Assembly (NCBI GenBank): GCA_964016885.1
Contig: OZ024758.1
Span: 15,748,001 to 15,812,000 of the forward strand
Direction: 5' to 3'
Source: Eledone cirrhosa
Lineage: Eukaryota
DNA length: 64,000 bases
Both the position numbers and the translations under genes were made by a program. How positions within the stretch are numbered: the first letter of the stretch is position 1; each line of letters begins with the position of its first letter. Below, in pieces: positions 49,001 to 58,000 of the stretch. The notes under the pieces were generated by a model. It ran no database searches. It saw only the letters and a list, made by a program, of their open reading frames with translations, and was not told the DNA's origin.

Positions 49001-52000
49001 CGAATTTCAGGAAGCATAGAAGTTTTGAAGGATGCAGTGTCCTGACAGTTAACAACTCATGCAGGCAGTTTGTTCCATGCTTCAGCAACTCTGAGAGTGA
49101 AGAAATGTTTCTGAAAGTTGTCATTGGCCGTTGGTAGCTCCTTTCTCTGTCTCTAAGGGTCTTCGTCCTATTTTATAACATCTCCACACATAAAAACACC
49201 ATACTTTATATTAACTTTAACCCCGCCACACTTCGTAAAAATCTGAGAGATGGGCTACGTGTACACGATATCAATATTAATATTTTCAGGAGGCCACAAT
49301 GAAAGGATGAAGCAACCCCAGTATAAAACTGGTACATACAATAGAAACCATACATGGTTGAAAAGAAAAGCTGCCTCCAATGGGATTTGATTTGATTTCA
49401 AACCGAGATTAAACTAAATATTATAAGGTATTTAATCTTATGTATTTCTGTTTCTCACAGGTTAGGTTAGGATTCTGTCTGTTACTGGTACCATGTCACA
49501 CAGAACAACCTGCTTCGTGGTCGAGTGGTCAGCAACTAAACTGGTTCCCTCACCAGACCCTGATCTGGTCAGGTCAGGCTTCTGCCTGCTACTGGTACCA
49601 AGGGAGGATGAAATCCTCAGAATCAATGGCCTATCACCTCAACTATGGGAATTAAAACTTAATTACAACTTACCTGGGGGACCAAATATTCTCTTCAATA
49701 TCACAGACAGACGTAACTATAGTTTTCTTGTCTTCTGTATTACTGAGTTAAAAAATAAACATAGAAAAACATCACAAAATATCAATAGAGTGAAAAACTG
49801 TTTTATATCAGGCCTGTTATTTATAAATGTCTGTATCAACTACTTTAACAAAACTACAACCATTAGCATTTAAACCGGCCGTATCTGGCCAGAACTCTCT
49901 CACCTCTTTCTGTTCAAACCAGCCGCAAATAGCTACTCATACTTATGTTAAGGTGTTGTTCTCAAAATAAATAATATCAAGATCTCATAGATTCGATAAA
50001 GTCTTTACCATGAAAATACAATAGTAAATATAGAGTAATGTAAATGCTAAAGGGTTAAAGGGTTAAAAGTATATGTTTCTATAGAATACTCAACCACTTA
50101 CACATTAATTAATTCACGAATCAGATGACCAGTTGATTGATTGAACAACTAAATGCTCATGGTATCAAAAAAGATCAACTAGGAAGGGCATCCAGTTGTA
50201 AAAACTCAGGCCAAATTTACAGACTAGTCTCCCGACATGGATGACCCGTCTAACCCATGCAAGGATGGAGAAATGGATGCTAAACGGTGATGATGAACAT
50301 GTAATTCTTACCTCTGGTGCTTCATAAAATCTGTATGATGCTCAATCCACTTCACAATACTTGGAATATATTTGGAAACTGCTTCCAGTACAGTAGATTC
50401 ATCGCTACCATGACCATAACTAGTGAAAACAAAAGAAGCAACAATCATTTTATAAAACAATAATAAATTTGAATGCCATTTAAAAACACTAATTCTAATT
50501 ACTATATTTCTAATGAAAGACACTACCTATAATTTTCAAATTGTTTTGAAAATAATAAAGAATTTGGAGGGATTTAGTAATATGACTTTCTCATTATTAA
50601 ACTGGTGGAGTCATAACTTAACAAAGGTTCTTATATAAAACTAGGGTGGAAGGTTTTTACATAAATCTAAACACTTTAAAACGGTCTATTATTGTAAAAC
50701 CAGATACAAATTCAGGCAATTTGACATCAAAAGAGTAAAAAGCCACCAAAATATACACTTGAAACCATTAACCCTTTAGCATTTACATTATTTGGGTGGA
50801 TTGGCAGTATCGGTAGAGGGTCGGACGCCATGCTTTGACGCATAGAGTTACGGCCCTTGCCATTCTGAGTTCAAATCCCGCAGAGGTTAACTTTCCCTTT
50901 CATCCTTATGGGGTTGATAAAATAAAGAACCAGTAATACACTGGATAATTGTTGGCCTTGTGCCAAAAGTAGAAACAATTATTTGATATATGTTATTATA
51001 TTTTCACAGTAAAGGCTTTATCTCACATTATATCGAATCTATGAGATTTTCATATTATTTATTTTGAGAATAATACCTTAACATCTGTATAAGTGGCCAG
51101 TTACAGCCAGTTTAAACAGAAAGAAGTGAGAGAATTCTGGCCGGATACGGCTGGTTTAAATGCTAAAGGGTTAAACCAGCCAGAATTCTCTCACCTCTTT
51201 CTGTTCAAACTGGCCGTAACCAGCTGTTCATACTGACATTAAGGTATTTTTCTCAAGATAAATAACATCAAAATCTTATAGATTCGATATTACATGAGAT
51301 AATTATGTGAGGTGAAGCCTTTACCGTAAAAATACAATAGTATATATAGAGTAATCTAAATGCTAAAGGGTTAAAACAAACAATATTAAAATTCTTACAT
51401 TTCATGCAGAAAATATTTTCTTTTCATAATTGATTTGGTTAATAAAATAATTTCCTTTTCCCTGAAGACTTTTGTTTTTAAAACCTGAAAAGAAAAAAAA
51501 AAAAAAAATTTACTTAACTGTAAAAATATATTACATACGACAAATATATGAGACAGTTTACATATAAAGGATAGAGTGAAATATTTAGAGACTGAGATAC
51601 CTTCAGGATGGTAAGGAGGAAGGGGAAACACATCCATCTGATGGTATACACAGCTTGTTAGTTCAGAGTAAGAGAAATTGTTGTGGTAATGTTGAGAGAG
51701 AGAGTTTATATGTTTGCTAGTCGTAGTAGTGTATGGATGGGTTACAAACCAATTGGATGGTCCAGTTTAAATACATGTTCATGTATAAAGCAGCTGCTTA
51801 ATCCCAGATATGTGAGCAATACTCTAGTGTGGGACCTCCCATTTGTGCTTTGTACAAGACCGGATAACTGTTCAAAGCTATATCTTCTTTCTTTAACCAT
51901 TAAGCATTTAAAATGGACGTATCTGGCCACTCATACTTATGTTAAGGTATTGTTCTCAAAATATATATCAAAATCTCATAGATTTGATATTATGTTAGGT

Positions 52001-55000
52001 AAAGCCTTTACCTTGAAAATATAATAGTAAATATAGTGTAATGTAAATGTTAAAGGGTTAAGACAATAAACTAACCTCTTGTAAAAGACAATGTACAATA
52101 CTTCCATATAACATATGCATATTTCCTTTGTCAATTCCCTGCAAATATATAAAAAAACATTTACATTATAAAATAAAACAACCAATTCTTCACCAAAGTC
52201 ATTATATAAGGACTAAATAAAGATAATTTTTTTTTCTATTTTAGGCACAAGGCCAGCAATTCCCAGTACATTACTGGTACTTTATTTTATCGACCCCGTA
52301 AGGATGAAAGGCAAAGTTAACCTCGGCGGGATTTGAACTCAGATCGTAAAGGGACGTAACTATGCTGGAAAGCATGTCCGACCCTCTACCGATACTGCCA
52401 AAAAGATAATGTCAAGAAGAAAGGATTCTAGTGATGTCAGAGACATGACAACCTCTCAAGTGTTGGTGCCATGATAAAATACAGTAGGAACATTGTAAAT
52501 TGGTTGGTCTTAGGAAGGTCATCCAGCCGTAGAAACCATGCCAAAAATTGGAACATATCAATAAGACATGACCCACTACTCTATCTTGGAGGGTAGTAAC
52601 TTCATAGAAAAACTCATTTATCATCATTACCATCACTGTTTAACTTCCCTTTTTCCACACTAGCATGGGTTAGACGAGTTGTTCTGCTGTGAATCAAGTC
52701 ATATTAGGTGACTGTGTCTTGTTCATACAGAACTGTTTCTGGCTTAGTTTCTAAGGCTGGATGCCCTTCTTAATGTCTATCACATTCACAGTGTGAACTG
52801 GGTGCTTTTTATTGTGACACCTACATGGCCACTCTTCAGTGTGGACTGGCTGCTTATTCAATGTATGCCAGGATAGAAAGAGGACATAAAATGATGATGT
52901 CTCCCTTTTAGGGTTATTCTACCAACTAAAGAAGTTCCGCACCATATATATATATACAAGTTAATATAAATTAATATATGATAAACATTAATATAATCAT
53001 ATAAGTGTTTGTATTGCAAATGACCAAGTTAGCTAGATTGAAAAGTACTAATTAGATTAATACAGTTTGCCTGTCTCGATTTAAAATAATAAATCAATAA
53101 TTGATTTATTATTTTAAATCGAGACAGGCAAACTGTATTAATCTAATTAGTATTTTTCAATCTAGCTAACTTGGTCATTTGCAATACAAACACTTATATG
53201 ATTATATTAGTGTTTATCATATATTAATTTATATTAACTTGTATTTCACGGCTCAGAAATACTTCTTTCTTTGAGCTAATTAATTGTAAAAGACTGTTTG
53301 AGTTTATAACTCTATATATAGTATATATATATATATATATATCCAAACAGATATTTATTTCTTAATGCCATGCAGTATTTAGTCCTGTCTTAAGTCACAG
53401 CAATGTGTATGTGTGTGTGTATAGTCCCATCAGTGTCTGTACACATATTAAACATTTAGAAAGTCAAAATAATAAATATAGTAAATAAGACACTAACCCT
53501 GAACCTTTCATTCAAAACTGCTCTGAAATATAAAAATTAAAAAGATTTTTAAAAGACATAACTTACAAAGGAAATATCATGTAGAAATCAGGGCCAAATA
53601 CAATATCCAGTATAATTTAATCCTTTAACATTTACATTATTCTATATTTACTATTATATTTTCATGGTAAAAGCTTTACCTTACTTAATATTGAATCTAT
53701 GAGATTTTGATATTATTTATTTTGAGAACAATACTTTAACATCAGAATAAGTGGCAAGTTATGGCTGGTTTGAACAGGAAATTTCAGGCAAGCACAGAAA
53801 ATAGACGTTAACCAGTGCTGAAGATGATGGAGGGGTTTTAAATAAATATTAAAACTTTGTAAGAAACAGTTCTGTACAGCAGAAACAGGGGAGATTTCAG
53901 GCAGTTTAGTATTAAAAGTGTTAAAGGGTTTATCAAATAACAAAGGAAAAACAAATGAAAATGTCTGCAACTTACTTTCTCATACAAAACAAAGATGAAA
54001 CAACTGTCGTACTAGAGACCAAGGAGTCAGGATTAATTACAAGTAAACCTCTCTCATCAGCTATGTGATAAACACCACTGGAATCAGTTGTAGCATCAAG
54101 AATATGGACAATATCACCTACTGCAGCATTGCTGTAACACCTGAAAATATACACCTGCTTTATAATAACTGTATACACCTGTACAGTTATAATAACTGTA
54201 TACATCTGTACAGACATTTCAGAATAATACTAAGAGCAAATGGATATATATACCCATCAAATACATGTTCTCTTGTGGTTGATTGGATAAGCTACACCTT
54301 CCGATGAGGGTCCAACCAATCGATTAAAGATCATTTTTTTCAATTTACAGGGAAATTCCTATTTTCTGGGAAGTTTACATGCCTACATATTAGATATCCT
54401 CATCATCATCATCGATTAACACCGGTCTTCCACGCTAGCATGGGTTAGACGGGTCCCATTTAGAGGCAAGTTGGGTCGGGTGATCATGTCTCCCTTATAT
54501 AGGAGTGTTTCTGGTTGATGCCCTTCCTAACGCCAACCACATGGACCGTGTGGGCTGGGTGCTTTTTGTTGTGACAATGTGTATATATATATTTATATAT
54601 GTTGGTGCAGTTTCAGCTACACTCCTTGTATTTATACAGATATAACTTTATCATACACTTCAGCTGCTAGCACACTTCTTAATATATGTTTATGTAGGCA
54701 CATGGCTTAGTGGTTAGAGCATTGGCCTTGCAATCGAAAGGTTGTGAGTTCAATTCTCAGACCGGGTGATGTGTTGTTTCCTTGAGCAAGACACTTTATT
54801 TCACATTGCTCCAGTTTACTCAGCTGTAGAAATGAGATGATAGGGACTGGGGTCCATATCATTCCACTGCAAAGTGGTCGTGCAGGTGACACGGCAAAAA
54901 AGCACCCAGCACTCACTGTAAATGAGGTTGGTGTTAGGAAGGGCATCCAGCTGTAGAAATCAAGCCAAAATCAGTTCCCGTCCCACCTTTGCAAGCAGGG

Positions 55001-58000
55001 AAAAAGTGGACGTAAAATGAAATGAAATGAAAAAATGTATATGGTAAATTAATTTTATAAAATGGTGCAACTTAATTCAAGCAAGAGAAAGTTGAAAGTA
55101 TTTTCAACTATATCAAAGACATGACAACTTCCATAGTGTTGGTGATTTACACAATAAACACACCCAGTACACTCTGTAAAGTGGTTGCTGATGGGAAAGG
55201 TGTCTAGCCATAGAAAACTTGTCAACAAACCCTAACCCTAACTCCATCCTTGAAACTACTTACCAAAATCCATGCAACATACATGAAATAGTTTGTTCTT
55301 TGTTGATCAAAACCAACTCAATTTCTTGTCTGAAAGAAACAAGTAAATATAGTATTAGTACTGAGATTGTTAAATGTTATCAAATAGACAGAAAGTAGTT
55401 GATTTAATGACAAGATACACAGGAAAAACCCATTCTAGATAATCTCAGATAAACCCTTTTGTTACCACATAAATATATATCTAATAAAAATCACTACCTA
55501 TGATTTTCAAATAATTTTGAAAATAATCAAGAATTTGGAGGGATTAAGTATAACTAACTTTTTTGTTATTCTAAGTAATCAGTGTCGGTTGATCAAAGAA
55601 TCAACCAACTTGGTGTAATCAGATGTAAGCACTCCACATCCATGGGTATAATAAGGTATTACTTATATGGTATCAGACAGAGTATCAGTATTATTAAAAA
55701 GAAGAGAGCCAGTATCATGTATACAACTTCAGTTTATTACATGTACTATACTGAGGATACGTATGTGATATTGTCTCCCTCTTCTTCATCATCATCATCA
55801 TCATCATCACCGTTTTACGTCCGTTCTTCCACGCTAGCATGGGTTAGACGGGTTGTCCTGTTGTGGGCAGTGTCTGGTCGGCTGACCTTGCCTTGCTCAT
55901 ACAGGAACTGATTTGGCTTGATATCTACAGCTGGATGCCCTTCCTAACACCAACCTCATTTACAGTAAGTGCTGGGTGCTTTTTCGTGGCACCTACATGT
56001 CCACTTTACAGTGAGTGCTGGGTGCTTTTTCGTGGCACCTACACGTCCACTTTACAGTGAGTGCTGGGTGCTTTTTCGTGGCACCTACATGTCCACTTTA
56101 CAGTGAGTGCTGGGTGCTTTTTCATGGCACCTACACGTCCACTTTACAGTGAGTGCTGGGTGCTTTTTCGTGGCACCTACACGTCCACTTTACAGTGAGT
56201 GCTGGGTGCTTTTTCGTGGCACCTACATGTCCACTTTACAGTGAGTGCTGGGTGCTTTTTCATGGCACCTACACGTCCACTTTACAGTGAGTGCTGGGTG
56301 CTTTTTCGTGGCACCTACATGTCCACTTTACAGTGAGTGCTGGGTGCTTTTTCATGGCACCTACACGTCCACTTTACAGTGAGTGCTGGGTGCTTTTTCA
56401 TGGCACCTACACGTCCACTTTACAGTGAGTGCTGGGTGCTTTTTCGTGGCACCTACATGTCCACTTTACAGTGAGTGCTGGGTGCTTTTTCGTGGCACCT
56501 ACACGTCCACTTTACAGTGAGTGCTGGGTGCTTTTTCGTGGCACCTACATGTCCACTTTACAGTGAGTGCTGGGTGCTTTTTCATGGCACCTACACGTCC
56601 ACTTTACAGTGAGTGCTGGGTGCTTTTTCATGGCACCTACACGTCCACTTTACAGTGTGGGCTGGGTGCTTTTTAATGGCACCTACACGTCCACTTTACA
56701 GTGTGGGCTGGGTGCTTTTTTGTCATGGCACCTCCACGGCCACCTTGCGGTGGGGTGTGTGGGGGTATATTGTCTATATGCTTTAGCTTGTACCCATGGG
56801 AGGTCGGGTACTCTGTATTACTGCGCGACGCCAGAGGTCACGGTCGTGTGTCATTGCCTTTGAGAGGTGTAATTGGGTATGGTAACTCTTTTTATAATTA
56901 AGTTTCTGTTAAGCGTGGTGGATTGGCAATATCGGTAGAGTGTCGGACAACAATTTTTGCAGCATATAGCCACGTCCCCTTACATTCTGAGTTCAAATTC
57001 TGCTAAGGTTAGCTTTGTCTTTCATCCTTACAGGGTTGATAAAATAAAGTACCAGTAACAAACTGGGGTTGATTTAATCGGATTTTTTCCCCTCCCCCAA
57101 ATTGTTGGCCTTGTGCCTAAATAGTGATGGTGGTGGTGGTGGTAATGACAATAATGATGATGATGATTATTAAACAGATATATTTAGAGATATTAATATC
57201 CCCAATTCTGTATTACTTACCCTTCAGATTTGACATCAATGACTTGGTAACGATTATACAAAGTACACACAGGAGCACAGGACAGTGGATTATCTTTTAT
57301 ACTGAAATAATAAAATAAATAAACTCTGGACAATTGCAGAACAGGAAGCAAACTACAAGAAGAAAAAACCCCTAACATTTTAACTGGCCGTATCTGGCCA
57401 GAATTCTCTCACCTCTTTCTGTTTAAACCGGCTGTAACCAGTCACTTAAACATGATGTTATGGTATTATTCTCAAAATCTCATAGATTCGATATTATGAG
57501 AGGTAAAGCCTTTACCACGAAAATACAATAGTAAATATAGAGTAATGTAAGGCTATTTTTCTTTGCTAGAATAGGGGTCAGCTTTTCGGGGACCCATTGT
57601 AGGCTTCAAACTCAACAAGTGGTATTTTTTTTTAGGCAGCATTTTATGGCCTGATATCCTTCCAGACATCAACTCTTTCATCTAGAAAGCTGGATACACA
57701 CAGATATAAACAAATTGGAAAAGAAATAAAGAAAAATTGAAAGCATAAAAGAAAAAAAATTAACTTACGTTTTCGTTTCAGATTTAAAAGGAGAAAGTTT
57801 TCTTATTTCATCACAGAATTCCTCATCAAAGTCTGACAATTTAGACATGGACATGTTATCATCAAAGTCAAAAGACGAATCCCATTGAGAAAGTTCTATA
57901 ATGTTTTTTTCTTCATCAAGCTTATTCTTATGTTCCAGTGATATATTGTTATTGCTTACAGAAGAAACAAGTTTTATCTCAGGAACTGTAGAACATGAAG

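Noticed and set aside
54275-54335. CCGATGAGGG within a small inverted repeat
   Set aside because: No GAAA/UH; too degenerate to call a ribozyme.
55226-55245. AACCCTAACCCTAAC telomere-like motif (also about 12941)
   Set aside because: Only about two units; expected by chance.
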